Assembly (NCBI RefSeq): GCF_056712565.1
Contig: NZ_CM160072.1
Reading direction: 5' to 3' (one strand)
Length of the DNA stretch: 64,000 bases
Made by a program: the position numbers and the translations under genes. The notes under the pieces are model-generated. The model searched no databases. It worked only from the letters and a program-made list of their open reading frames with translations, and was not told where the DNA came from. Shown here in pieces: positions 45,405 through 54,860 of the stretch. Each line of letters begins with the position of its first letter. Positions within the stretch are counted from its first letter, which is position 1.

Positions 45405-45891
45405 AACATCCGCCCGTGTTTATTATATCACTCAAAGCAATAATTGTTGACTATAGATTTTTTATCTAAATCAGCATGGTTGCAGGTACATACTCAAGTA
45501 AGCCACTCAAGAAAATAACGTAAACTCAATAGTGGCAGCGTCACAAACTTTGGAAATTATGTCTTATATTTGCAGTTTATTTTAGTGAATAATTGAGATA
45601 AATGACATTATTTTACATCCTCAATAATTCAGGCTGTAAGAGGACGGCAAATACATTCATAATTATCAGGGGATGAACATTCAGGAAAGTAGTCAGTATC
45701 GTCAACTTTTTCTTTTATCACTACATGAAGATTTCGTGTAGATACTCCCATCTCTGCCACTTCTCCCCTCACATTTACACTGGAGCTAAACCCGCCGATT
45801 GCGCTACAATGCCCGCCCTTAAAGTGGGGGCACTCCCCTAACCGCTTCATCAGGTGAAGCGGCTCTGACCTGTCATCAGAACGAGAGAATT

Positions 45892-47253
45892 ATGTTTAAA
45901 CCGGAACTCCTTTCCCCGGCGGGAACGCTGAAAAATATGCGTTACGCTTTCGCTTATGGCGCAGATGCTGTTTATGCGGGCCAGCCGCGTTACTCCCTGC
46001 GTGTACGCAACAACGAATTCAACCACGAAAATCTTCAGCTCGGCATCAATGAAGCCCACGCGCTGGGGAAAAAGTTTTATGTCGTGGTCAACATTGCACC
46101 GCACAACGCCAAGCTGAAAACCTTTATCCGTGACCTGAAACCGGTGGTGGAAATGGGGCCGGATGCGCTGATTATGTCCGATCCAGGGCTGATTATGCTG
46201 GTGCGTGAACACTTCCCGGAAATGCCAATCCACCTCTCGGTACAGGCTAACGCCGTAAACTGGGCGACGGTGAAATTCTGGCAGCAAATGGGTCTGACCC
46301 GCGTGATCCTCTCTCGCGAACTGTCACTGGAAGAGATTGAAGAGATCCGCAATCAGGTGCCGGATATGGAGATCGAAATCTTCGTTCACGGCGCGCTGTG
46401 CATGGCCTACTCCGGTCGCTGCCTGCTCTCTGGCTATATCAACAAGCGCGACCCGAACCAGGGCACCTGCACCAACGCCTGCCGCTGGGAGTACAATGTC
46501 CAGGAAGGGAAAGAAGATGACGTCGGCAACATCGTACACAAGTACGAGCCGATTCCGGTGCAAAATGTTGAGCCGACGCTGGGTATCGGCGCGCCAACCG
46601 ACAAAGTGTTTATGATCGAAGAAGCCCAGCGTCCGGGCGAGTATATGACCGCGTTTGAAGATGAGCACGGCACTTACATCATGAACTCGAAAGATCTGCG
46701 CGCCATCGCCCATGTTGAACGCCTGACCAAAATGGGCGTGCATTCGCTGAAAATCGAAGGCCGTACCAAATCTTTCTACTATTGCGCACGCACCGCGCAG
46801 GTTTACCGTAAAGCTATCGATGACGCCGCTGCGGGCAAACCGTTCGATACCAGCCTGCTGGAAACGCTGGAAGGTCTGGCGCATCGTGGCTATACCGAAG
46901 GTTTCCTGCGTCGTCATACCCACGACGATTATCAGAACTACGAATACGGTTATTCGGTTTCTGACCGCCAGCAGTTTGTTGGTGAGTTTACCGGTGAGCG
47001 CAAGGGGGAGCTCGCGGCGGTAGCGGTGAAAAATAAATTCTCCGTTGGCGACAGCCTTGAGCTGATGACGCCGCAAGGCAACATTAACTTTACCCTTGAG
47101 CATATGGAAAACGCCAAAGGTGAAGCGATGCCGGTCGCACCAGGCGATGGTTATACTGTGTGGCTCCCGGTGCCGCAGGATCTTGAGCTAAATTACGCGC
47201 TGCTGATGCGTAATTTCTCCGGGGAAACCACGCGTAACCCCCACGGTAAGTGA
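45892..47253 (+). CDS. yegQ: Peptidase U32-family protein YegQ
   Basis: 453-aa ORF MFKPELLSPAGTLKNMRYAFAYGADAVYAGQPRYSLR. Confidence 0.9.
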   Translation: MFKPELLSPAGTLKNMRYAFAYGADAVYAGQPRYSLRVRNNEFNHENLQLGINEAHALGKKFYVVVNIAPHNAKLKTFIRDLKPVVEMGPDALIMSDPGLIMLVREHFPEMPIHLSVQANAVNWATVKFWQQMGLTRVILSRELSLEEIEEIRNQVPDMEIEIFVHGALCMAYSGRCLLSGYINKRDPNQGTCTNACRWEYNVQEGKEDDVGNIVHKYEPIPVQNVEPTLGIGAPTDKVFMIEEAQRPGEYMTAFEDEHGTYIMNSKDLRAIAHVERLTKMGVHSLKIEGRTKSFYYCARTAQVYRKAIDDAAAGKPFDTSLLETLEGLAHRGYTEGFLRRHTHDDYQNYEYGYSVSDRQQFVGEFTGERKGELAAVAVKNKFSVGDSLELMTPQGNINFTLEHMENAKGEAMPVAPGDGYTVWLPVPQDLELNYALLMRNFSGETTRNPHGK

Positions 47254-47397
47254 TTAATTTCGATTATTTTTCCCGGATGGAAAATTCTTAGAAACCGATC
47301 ACATACAGCTGCATTTATTAAGGTTATCATCCGTTTCGCTGAAAAACATAACCCATAAAATGCTAGCTGTACCAGGAACCACCTCCTTAGCCTGTGT

Positions 47398-47424
47398 AAT
47401 CTCCCTTACGCAGGCTTATTTTTT
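47398..47424. mobile_element. Probable P2-type att core at the prophage/host junction
   Basis: Reverse complement aaaaaataagcctgcgtaagggagatt matches the P2 att core as I recall it at 25 of 27 positions; lies between yegQ and ogr. Confidence 0.4.
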
Positions 47425-47487
47425 ACGCGTAACACAATGAAATAAAAGGATTTATTTCTGGTCACGTCCACACATTGACCACATCGA

Positions 47488-47520
47488 CAAAAAAGCCCCT
47501 CGACTGAGGGGCTTCCTGTT
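47488..47520 (-). terminator. Intrinsic terminator downstream of ogr
   Basis: Hairpin gcccctc-gact-gaggggc with a T-run on the minus strand (aaaaaa on plus at 47488..47494). Confidence 0.5.
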
Positions 47521-47525
47521 TGTAA

Positions 47526-47744
47526 TTACATCCACATAATTTGCTGCCCTGACGGCAACGGGTGCGGTCTTACGGCGTGGACTTCTCCCGGCTTCACGAT
47601 GTATCGCTGTACCGACTCATAAGTGATGAATGTGGCGCTGCAATTCACGTTCTGACACTGGTGATAACGCTCTTTTGTCGTGTCAGTGATATAGCGGCTT
47701 GTACGCGCATGTGCGGCATGCTGGCATAAAGGACAATGAAACAT
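47526..47744 (-). CDS. ogr: P2 Ogr-like zinc-finger late transcription activator
   Basis: ORF 47526..47807; start set at MFHCPLCQHAAHARTSRYITDTTKERYHQCQNVNCSATF (~72 aa, Cys4 motif). Confidence 0.85.
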   Translation of the reverse strand: MFHCPLCQHAAHARTSRYITDTTKERYHQCQNVNCSATFITYESVQRYIVKPGEVHAVRPHPLPSGQQIMWM

Positions 47745-47825
47745 CGCGAGCACCTCTTCCGGTTTTGTTGATGGTGCTATTTTAGTTAATTTATCCTTAT
47801 AAAACAAATAGATAAAATAAAAACA

Positions 47826-48989
47826 TCACTCATCATCTTCTGTTTCGTACTCCACATCAGAAAGCCTGACCTCAAGCTCCAAGGACGTCGTGAAGCCGCT
47901 ATTATTCAGAAAATGTGTCACCTTAGTGATTGTCCAGTCCTGCTCGTCTATGACGCGCTTAAAGCCTGACACTTTAACCGGTGTTTCCGTGTAAATATCT
48001 GCCCGACCGGTAGCCAGGCTGATGGAGAACTCCGCAACGCCCCGTTGCAGCTTATCCCACTTCGCCTGAGCGGCGCGCATGGCCTGCGCTTTCGTGGCAT
48101 ATACCGCGGTCAGGGCAAAAACATTGTCAGCCTCACCTGCCATGTATTCACCTTCGCGCGCTTCCGGTACTTTTGGCGCTTTCTTCTGCGTGACTGGTTT
48201 CGCTTTCGGGTGCTCCAGTGCGCGCAGGTGTTTCTCTTTCTTTTTGCGTTTCAGTTTTACCTTCTGCTTTTGTGGCTTCGGGTCTTTGGTGTGTAACCAC
48301 TTTGCCGTTACGCCGGTATAGGCTCCACGGTCAGCAATCGCAAAATGATGGCGGTCGCCGTCGCTGCGGGTGATGGTAATCTGCGGGATTTTTTTACCGC
48401 TGGCCGTCACCCCCTGCCCCGCCTTGAGAAACAACAGTTTTCCCATTTTTACCGACACCTCACCGCCGTTGCGTTCAGCAAGGCGGGTCAGGAATTTTGC
48501 ATCAGACTCCTGCGACTGGTCGATGTGCGGGATTTTAATTCCGGCCAGTGACGGAGCGACACTGGCTTCCAGCCTGTTACGGGAGGCTATCGCTTCAACA
48601 ATCGCACCGAGCGTGGTGTCATGCCAGGAGCCTTCACGGCGGGAATTGAGCGTCCCGCGAAAATCTGCACTCCGGGCGCGGATGGTGACCACATCCGGTG
48701 CGCCCCGGTGTTCAACCTCATCAACGGTAAATTTCCCTTTGCATACCAGGGCAAAACCTTTCCAGCCGATATACACCGTCAGGACAGCGCCACGAACCGG
48801 CAGCCCGACCTGCCCGTCGGCATCGTTCAGTTCAATATCAAGCTGGTCAGCCTCAAAGCCCCGGTTATCCGTCAGGGTCATGCTCATCAGACGGTCGCTG
48901 ATATTGCCGGTAATATCCCTGTTGTCGAGCATCAGCATGTAATCCGGCGTCAGCGTACTGCCTGCATCAAATGTCAGTGCATCCAGCAT
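47826..48989 (-). CDS. D: P2 gpD-like late control / tail protein
   Basis: 387-aa ORF MLDALTFDAGSTLTPDYMLMLDNRDITGNISDRL. Confidence 0.9.
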   Translation of the reverse strand: MLDALTFDAGSTLTPDYMLMLDNRDITGNISDRLMSMTLTDNRGFEADQLDIELNDADGQVGLPVRGAVLTVYIGWKGFALVCKGKFTVDEVEHRGAPDVVTIRARSADFRGTLNSRREGSWHDTTLGAIVEAIASRNRLEASVAPSLAGIKIPHIDQSQESDAKFLTRLAERNGGEVSVKMGKLLFLKAGQGVTASGKKIPQITITRSDGDRHHFAIADRGAYTGVTAKWLHTKDPKPQKQKVKLKRKKKEKHLRALEHPKAKPVTQKKAPKVPEAREGEYMAGEADNVFALTAVYATKAQAMRAAQAKWDKLQRGVAEFSISLATGRADIYTETPVKVSGFKRVIDEQDWTITKVTHFLNNSGFTTSLELEVRLSDVEYETEDDE

Positions 48990-49468
48990 TATCCCGCCCC
49001 CGTCATATCCGTGAATTTAGTCGCCATACTGCCAGCCTTACCGATGAGCGATTCTGCCTGTTTACCGATATCGCCATAAAGCGCGGCCAGTGATTCATCA
49101 ACGCGGGTGAGCGACAGCGTAAAATCAATTTTCCGGGGTGTGCCGTCTGCAAAGAAAATACTCCCTGTTTCACTCACCCTGCTGATGACATACATGCCGT
49201 AAATCATGCCGGTGCCATCCAGCAACGGCCACGCCCGGCCTTCCTCAGCCATCAGCCTGAGCGTGGTCATCGTCAGCTTGCCGCCGGTCAGTTCGGGATA
49301 AAGCACACCGGCAAGCGTGATATTTTCCTCGCCAACACCGAGAAACTGAAAGGCATCCCGTTTGCCGATACGGGAATTTGACGCCCAGCGATAATCTGAT
49401 TCACGCTGCATGGTCTGGTGTGGCAGCGTCTGGCGCATAAAAACAAACATACCTAACGCGAGCATCAT
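48989..49468 (-). CDS. U: P2 gpU-like tail protein
   Basis: 159-aa ORF MMLALGMFVFMRQTLPHQTMQRESDYRWASNSRIGKRDAFQF. Confidence 0.9.
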   Translation of the reverse strand: MMLALGMFVFMRQTLPHQTMQRESDYRWASNSRIGKRDAFQFLGVGEENITLAGVLYPELTGGKLTMTTLRLMAEEGRAWPLLDGTGMIYGMYVISRVSETGSIFFADGTPRKIDFTLSLTRVDESLAALYGDIGKQAESLIGKAGSMATKFTDMTGAG

Positions 49469-49482
49469 TTTTCGTCACCTCC

Positions 49483-51930
49483 TTAACCGTCATGCATCAT
49501 GCTGGCACGGGCGCGCGCACGTTTATCCCGCTCGTATTTTTCGAGCGCATCCTGTAACTGGCGGTCAAGCTGTGTCCCCGGCGCAGTACCACCCGTCAGG
49601 CTGATGTGATATTCGTTTTTACTCTGGTCCACATAAGAGCGGCCAGCCGGTGCCGTGACCGGCTGATAAGCCTGATAGCCTGCATAAGAGCTGGTCGCCG
49701 GAATATAACCACCGGTGCCATACGTGGCGGCATGAGTTCTGGCGGCGGTCTGGTCAAGTGTGTCTGACTCTTTGTTGATAACACCGAGTTTTTCCAGTAC
49801 CCAGTCAATACCGCTGCGCAGTTTGTTGAACGCATTAAGCGGCAGCATCAGCGCGTCAGCCAGTGCCTGCCCGAACATGACGCCCGTGTCACGGCAACGG
49901 TTCAGGGTGTCCCGGGTGGCTTTAACCGGAGCAATCAGGTTTGTAAACCACTGCCACGCGGCCTGTAACTTTTCGCCCAGCCAGTCAAACACCGGCTTAA
50001 GTGGCGTGAACAGCTCCCCCACCGGCGCAAATGCCGCTTTCAGCCCTTCAACCACACCGCCAAAGAATGCGCTGACAGGCTCCCAGTATTTACGGATAAG
50101 CAACGCCCCGGCGACAATGGCAGCCACCACGGCCACAACCGGCCAGCTAATCGCCCCGATGGCCGTCATAACAGCACTGCCAACCGTCGTGAAGATTGCC
50201 CCCATTGCGCCTGCTGCCGCGATAATAGCATTGATGCCGGTGATAACCGGCCAGGCTACGAGGCCAATGGCACCAATGATGCCAGTCAGCGCCAGTGCAC
50301 CACCGGCAATTAGGCCAATGGTTAACGCCAGTGATTTGTTTTTCTGGATCCAGCCGTCGAGTTTTAACACATACTTTGTGGCCGTCTGCGTGAGCTTACG
50401 CAGTGCGCCTTCCTGCTGGTCAAACAGGTCAGTCCCCACCGCCTCATAAGCGGACTGAAACTCCTTAAAGTCACCGCCGAGGTTGTCCTGCATGATATTT
50501 ACCAGTTCTGCGGTCTTTCCGTCTGAGGCTTTAAACGCAGCGGTCAGTTTGTCCAGCTTTCCGGTTGAGGCGGCAGTCATCAGCACGGCGGCGGCTGAAC
50601 TGGCCTCCTCCCCGAAAATGGTTTTCATGTATTCAGCCTGCTGGGCAGTACCGAGCCGGTTTTTCTCAAAACTGGCCTGCATTTCTTTCAGAATGGTAAA
50701 TACTGGTCGGGTGTTTCCCTTACTGTCTGAGGTTTTCACACCAAGCTCTTTGAGTGCATCCCATGCTTTTCCCGTCGGTGCCTGCAGGCGGCTTAACACG
50801 GCACGGCTTCCCGTTCCCGCCATTGAACCGGTAATTTTTGCATCATGCAGCGCCCCGACCATTGCGGCTGTTTCTTCAATGCTGACACCGGCATTTTTTG
50901 CCACAGGTGCGGCATAGGTCAGCGCATCGCTCATACCGTCAAAATCGGCGGCGGTTTTGTTCATCGTCATGGAGAGAACATCCCCGATATGAGCGACCTT
51001 ATCGTTTGAAAGCTGAAAGGCGGATTTCATCCCCATCAGCAGGGCGGCGTTTTCTTCCATCGTGCGGCGGTTCGCCAGCGCCATATTCAGCGTGACCGGC
51101 GTTGCCGCCTGAATGGCATCAACATCCCCACCGGCTTTCGCAATGATAATCTGCGCACCGGCAGCATCATCCGCCGAGGCGGCTGTGTTGTCGCCGAGCT
51201 GGCGCGCCTGTTTGCGTAGCGCGGCCATTTCGGCAGAATCTTTTGCCACACCGAGCACGGCCTGTAATTCTGAGTTTTTCTGCGCAAACTCATAACCGGG
51301 CATCAGCAGCTTAACACCGGCCATCGTTCCCGCCGCCGCAATCCCCACACCGGCAGCGCCCACTGAGGCCATATTTCCGGCCAGTTCCTTTCCGGCCTGA
51401 TAACGCTGTTTGACTGCGTTAAGTTTTGCCTGTTGCGCACTGACACGCGCCAGCGCGTCACGCTGCCGGTTAAGCTGGGCGGTGGTTTCACTGATACGGT
51501 TTTTCAGTCCCTGCTCATCATGTGCAAGATTGCGGGTATTAATTCCCACAGCGGCCAGTTCCCGCTGCTGGCGTTTAACGGAATCTGTCAGGCGGTTATA
51601 TTTCGCCTGTAAGTCCTCCGCCGCACGCTTTGCGGATTCCAGCACTTTCGCCTGAGCACGGGTCGGGCGTTCGGTGTTTTTAAACTGTGTGGCAAGGGCT
51701 TCGGCCTGCTGCCGTGCCTTTTCAAGTGCATGACCAGTCACGGCGAGCTGTGCACTGGTCTTGCGGAATCCCTCAATACGGGATGCGTGACCGTTCAGCT
51801 CGCGCAGTGATTTTTGTGTTTCCCGGATATCCCCCGACAGCAACTTACTCGCTGTGCGGATGGATTTAAACGGGCGGGACGCCTGGTCAACAGCCCTGAG
51901 CAATACCTGTAATTTTACATTGTTACTCAT
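49483..51930 (-). CDS. T: P2 gpT-like tail tape measure protein
   Basis: 815-aa ORF, coiled-coil N-terminal half, Gly/Ala-rich hydrophobic segment. Confidence 0.9.
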   Translation of the reverse strand: MSNNVKLQVLLRAVDQASRPFKSIRTASKLLSGDIRETQKSLRELNGHASRIEGFRKTSAQLAVTGHALEKARQQAEALATQFKNTERPTRAQAKVLESAKRAAEDLQAKYNRLTDSVKRQQRELAAVGINTRNLAHDEQGLKNRISETTAQLNRQRDALARVSAQQAKLNAVKQRYQAGKELAGNMASVGAAGVGIAAAGTMAGVKLLMPGYEFAQKNSELQAVLGVAKDSAEMAALRKQARQLGDNTAASADDAAGAQIIIAKAGGDVDAIQAATPVTLNMALANRRTMEENAALLMGMKSAFQLSNDKVAHIGDVLSMTMNKTAADFDGMSDALTYAAPVAKNAGVSIEETAAMVGALHDAKITGSMAGTGSRAVLSRLQAPTGKAWDALKELGVKTSDSKGNTRPVFTILKEMQASFEKNRLGTAQQAEYMKTIFGEEASSAAAVLMTAASTGKLDKLTAAFKASDGKTAELVNIMQDNLGGDFKEFQSAYEAVGTDLFDQQEGALRKLTQTATKYVLKLDGWIQKNKSLALTIGLIAGGALALTGIIGAIGLVAWPVITGINAIIAAAGAMGAIFTTVGSAVMTAIGAISWPVVAVVAAIVAGALLIRKYWEPVSAFFGGVVEGLKAAFAPVGELFTPLKPVFDWLGEKLQAAWQWFTNLIAPVKATRDTLNRCRDTGVMFGQALADALMLPLNAFNKLRSGIDWVLEKLGVINKESDTLDQTAARTHAATYGTGGYIPATSSYAGYQAYQPVTAPAGRSYVDQSKNEYHISLTGGTAPGTQLDRQLQDALEKYERDKRARARASMMHDG

Positions 51931-52350
51931 TCGTGTTTCCGCTTCGCCTGAGCGCCTTTTCGCGCCATGTGATGAGTTCGGTCAGGCTCATGGGATACAG
52001 TTCTGATGGCGGCCAGTGAAATATCACTGCCACATCCGCCATCAGGTCATCGACCGACAGATTTTTCGGAAGCGTCACTGCACCGAGTTCGGCGACAAAA
52101 AACCGACCACCTTACCGGCCAGCGCCACAAGGTCAGGCAGTTCCAGCGCGGCGACTTCCTGCTCGGTCAGCATCGGTGCCGTCATGCGCGGCAGCACCTT
52201 AATCAGTGCATCGACTTCGGAGTTCGCGACCGCAGCCAGACTGACACCGCGCAGCGTCCCGGCATTAGGTTTCATCAGCGTGACCTGTTCGATAACCTGC
52301 TCACCACGCTTGACCGGATTGTCCAGGGTAATCACATTTTCTTTGTTCAT
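51923..52350 (-). CDS. E': P2 gpE+E' fusion made by programmed -1 frameshift at TTTTTTG (52102..52096)
   Basis: The -1 frame stays open for 58 codons past the slippery site (VAELGAVTLPKNL...SGNTNE) and stops at a TAA overlapping the T start (ATGAGTAA). Confidence 0.6.
52075..52350 (-). CDS. E: P2 gpE-like tail assembly chaperone
   Basis: 91-aa ORF MNKENVITLDNPVKRGEQVIEQV; ends just after a TTTTTTG slippery run. Confidence 0.85.
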   Translation of the reverse strand: MNKENVITLDNPVKRGEQVIEQVTLMKPNAGTLRGVSLAAVANSEVDALIKVLPRMTAPMLTEQEVAALELPDLVALAGKVVGFLSPNSVQ

Positions 52351-52406
52351 GGTTTTCTCACTTCTGAATCGGGGTTAACCGGTCAGCCAGGCTGACCGGA
52401 TGAAAA

Positions 52407-52925
52407 TCACAGGCCGATATTGCGGCGGTGTTGCTCCAGCCGGTCGACGCCGTTCACCTTCTCAATCATGTTGATGGTGTCGATTTCGACCAGCTCCTTA
52501 CCGTCCATCGTCAGCCGGAAATAGGTGCAGACCACGGAGATTTTCGACTCGGTGTCTTCTCCCTGTTTGCCCTCGCCGGTGTCGATTTCTTTCTGACGTC
52601 CACGCATGACCACCTCGACGGCCACCGTTTCGCCGGTATCGTCGCGCTGGTAAGAGCCTGCAAAACGAATCGGTACGGAATCCACACCGGTTGCGGCGTA
52701 AAGCTCCCAGATAACCGAATCCGGGAAGCCACCGAGCGACCACTCCATTGACAGCGCATCGTCATCAAGGCCGAGGTCTACCGGTGCGCTGCCGTTCATC
52801 CCCGCACCGCGATAGTTTTCGAGCTTACGGGTCAGTTTTGGTAGCGTGACGGACTTCGCGACGCCCTGATAGCTGTAGCCGTTCAGAAAGACGTTCATTA
52901 ACTTGAGTTTGCGCGGCATTGCCAT
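52407..52925 (-). CDS. FII: P2 gpFII-like tail tube protein
   Basis: 172-aa ORF MAMPRKLKLMNVFLNGYSYQGVAKSV. Confidence 0.9.
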   Translation of the reverse strand: MAMPRKLKLMNVFLNGYSYQGVAKSVTLPKLTRKLENYRGAGMNGSAPVDLGLDDDALSMEWSLGGFPDSVIWELYAATGVDSVPIRFAGSYQRDDTGETVAVEVVMRGRQKEIDTGEGKQGEDTESKISVVCTYFRLTMDGKELVEIDTINMIEKVNGVDRLEQHRRNIGL

Positions 52926-54130
52926 CGGTCAGGCTCCTTATAATTGCTGTTAACCGAGGTGACCAGATTTGCCAGGTATTTATCGGTAATACGCTGGCGC
53001 AGGGTCAGGTTTTCAAGAGGAGGCACCGGTGTATAGTCGTAGTCGATATACAGTTTTCCGGCCTTGAGGGTTTCCGCATCGTTGGATTCTTCGCTGAACC
53101 AGCAGGTCGCATCCACGATATAGCCGTTTGTTTTCAGCTCACGGAATTTGGCATTGATGCCGTCAACGATGTCGCGAATCAGCGTTGCGGTGATGGGCTT
53201 GTCCACCGCCCACATGTGCGCCTCAGCCATCGTGTCAGCCAGTACCTGCGCGGTGCGGGTGTAGTTTTCAAAGAGGAACAGCGGGTCATCAGAGCAGGTA
53301 CGGTTACCCCAGAATCGGAAACCGTCGCGGCGAATCAGCGTAGTGACGCCTGACTCGTTAAGCAGGTCAGCATCGGTGCCGGACTCCTGCAAATCCCAGA
53401 ATACAGATGCGCTGATGCCGGTAACACCGTTTACCCCGACGTTGGACAGCGTTTTATGCCAGCCCTGCTCCTGGTCGATTTTAGCGCGCAGACCCAGCGC
53501 ACGGGCGGTGGCATACGCGGTAGCGGTGGTACTGGTGACCGTATCCCATGCGAGGAAATCCGGCCAGATGACCATCAGCTCACGCTGGCTGAAATTCTGG
53601 CGGTAGGCTTTCACCTCGGAAATGGTCTTACAGCCCCATGCGCTGATATATCCGAAAGCGCGCAGCTTCTGACAGACGGATGCCAGTGCAACAGCCACCT
53701 CTTTGGTATCCAGTCCCGGCACACCGAGAATACGCGGTTTAACACCGGTTACCGACTCCGCCGCCAGCAGGGCTTTTAGTCCGGTGTACTGACCGTTTTC
53801 GTCGGTGGTGCCGATGATATTGGAAACGGTCTGCGCGAGTTTCGTTTCCTCGTCATCACCGGTGCAGTCTTCCACGCGCACGACAACGGTGACCGGTTTT
53901 GACTGGTCAGCGATGGCCTGCAACGATGCCGCCAGCGTGCCTTTTTTACCGGCCTTTGCAATTGCGCTTTGCACATTGGTAATCAGCACCGGTTTATTGA
54001 GGGGGAAGGTTTCCGCATCCGCATCGCTGGCCGTGCAGACCATGCCGACAATGGCAGTGGATACGGTGGAAATGACGCGGGTGCCGTCGTTAATCTCCAG
54101 CACCTGCACGCCATGATGATAGTCACTCAT
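52898..54130 (-). CDS. FI: P2 gpFI-like tail sheath protein
   Basis: 410-aa ORF MSDYHHGVQVLEINDGTRVISTVSTAIVGMV. Confidence 0.9.
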   Translation of the reverse strand: MSDYHHGVQVLEINDGTRVISTVSTAIVGMVCTASDADAETFPLNKPVLITNVQSAIAKAGKKGTLAASLQAIADQSKPVTVVVRVEDCTGDDEETKLAQTVSNIIGTTDENGQYTGLKALLAAESVTGVKPRILGVPGLDTKEVAVALASVCQKLRAFGYISAWGCKTISEVKAYRQNFSQRELMVIWPDFLAWDTVTSTTATAYATARALGLRAKIDQEQGWHKTLSNVGVNGVTGISASVFWDLQESGTDADLLNESGVTTLIRRDGFRFWGNRTCSDDPLFLFENYTRTAQVLADTMAEAHMWAVDKPITATLIRDIVDGINAKFRELKTNGYIVDATCWFSEESNDAETLKAGKLYIDYDYTPVPPLENLTLRQRITDKYLANLVTSVNSNYKEPDRWQCRANSS

Positions 54131-54220
54131 CCGTTTAACTCCGTGGTTAATGGGTACAACTATTTTCTGTTGTGCAGAGCATAAGACGCTATTTGACCTG
54201 GCTGGTCAGTGGATGAAACA

Positions 54221-54253
54221 ACAGATAAAGAAAAGGCGGGCAATTCGCCCGCC
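54221..54253 (-). terminator. Intrinsic terminator on the minus strand, upstream of the FI promoter region
   Basis: Hairpin ggcgggc-aatt-cgcccgcc with a T-rich tract on the minus strand (ttttctttatctg). Confidence 0.55.
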
Positions 54254-54316
54254 TGTCCTGATTTGTACTCACTCATTTTCCGCCTGACAATTTACATAGC
54301 CCAAATGCTATCAAAC

Positions 54317-54334
54317 CTGACAGTCTGCTTTGAG
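54317..54334 (+). repeat. Copy 1 of ~16-bp motif CTGACAGTCTGSTYTG (ctgacagtctgctttgag)
   Basis: Shares a 13-mer with copy 3 and an 11-mer with copy 2. Confidence 0.7.
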
Positions 54335-54460
54335 CGAAAAGTGGACATTAGAGTTACAAAAGCAAGTTTAAATCATCCAAAATATTACAATGTCCTTATC
54401 TATCTGATATCGTTATGATAAAAAGCTCCTGAATATAATCGATAGTAGGTGGTTATTTCC

Positions 54461-54838
54461 ATGAAATCAATTTTAGAGGTCTTTACTCAAGGAAATACTA
54501 AAGAAAAACTGGCTGTTATCGCCGATCTCACAACCATTGCGGGAATATCGATTGCAACTATTATTGCTGGTTTGTTAACCCTAGTTGCAAAAACAGATAA
54601 ACTAGATGTTGGAAATCTGTTTGGAGTTGTCATAATATCTCTGCTCGGATTGGCTGGTGTTTGCTGTTTTGTGGCCTTATTTATTTGGGTTATAACCCAA
54701 ATGTCTAAACCATGGGGAACACCTCGGGGGGTTCAGCCCTTAGTTAAGTGTGCTATTTCCCTTATCTTTATCTGTATGTTTTTGCTGGCTGTCTTTACAT
54801 TTTATGAGTTTATTTCTTCGATGAGCATACGCTATTGA
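54461..54838 (+). CDS. Small three-TM-helix membrane protein of unknown function (prophage cargo)
   Basis: ORF 54449..54838; ATG at 54461 (MKSILEVFTQGN); three hydrophobic helices; AT-rich; convergent with the recombinase gene. Confidence 0.5.
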   Translation: MKSILEVFTQGNTKEKLAVIADLTTIAGISIATIIAGLLTLVAKTDKLDVGNLFGVVIISLLGLAGVCCFVALFIWVITQMSKPWGTPRGVQPLVKCAISLIFICMFLLAVFTFYEFISSMSIRY

Positions 54839-54860
54839 ATATAAAATCAGCCCCCATAAC

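Noticed and set aside
45629-47103. Minus-strand ORFs 45629..45850, 45850..46287 and 46324..47103 (259 aa)
   Set aside because: The first lies in the island/yegQ intergenic promoter region with no ribosome-binding site; the others are antisense to yegQ.
49760-51655. Plus-strand ORFs within the tape-measure gene (49760..50449 229 aa, 50483..50917, 51410..51655)
   Set aside because: Antisense to T; Ala/Ser/Pro-rich shadow translations.
54449-54460. GTG start at 54449 for the small membrane protein, as implied by the ORF track
   Set aside because: The ATG at 54461 has better-spaced purine-rich upstream sequence; the four extra residues are not needed for the first TM helix. Retained only as an alternative.
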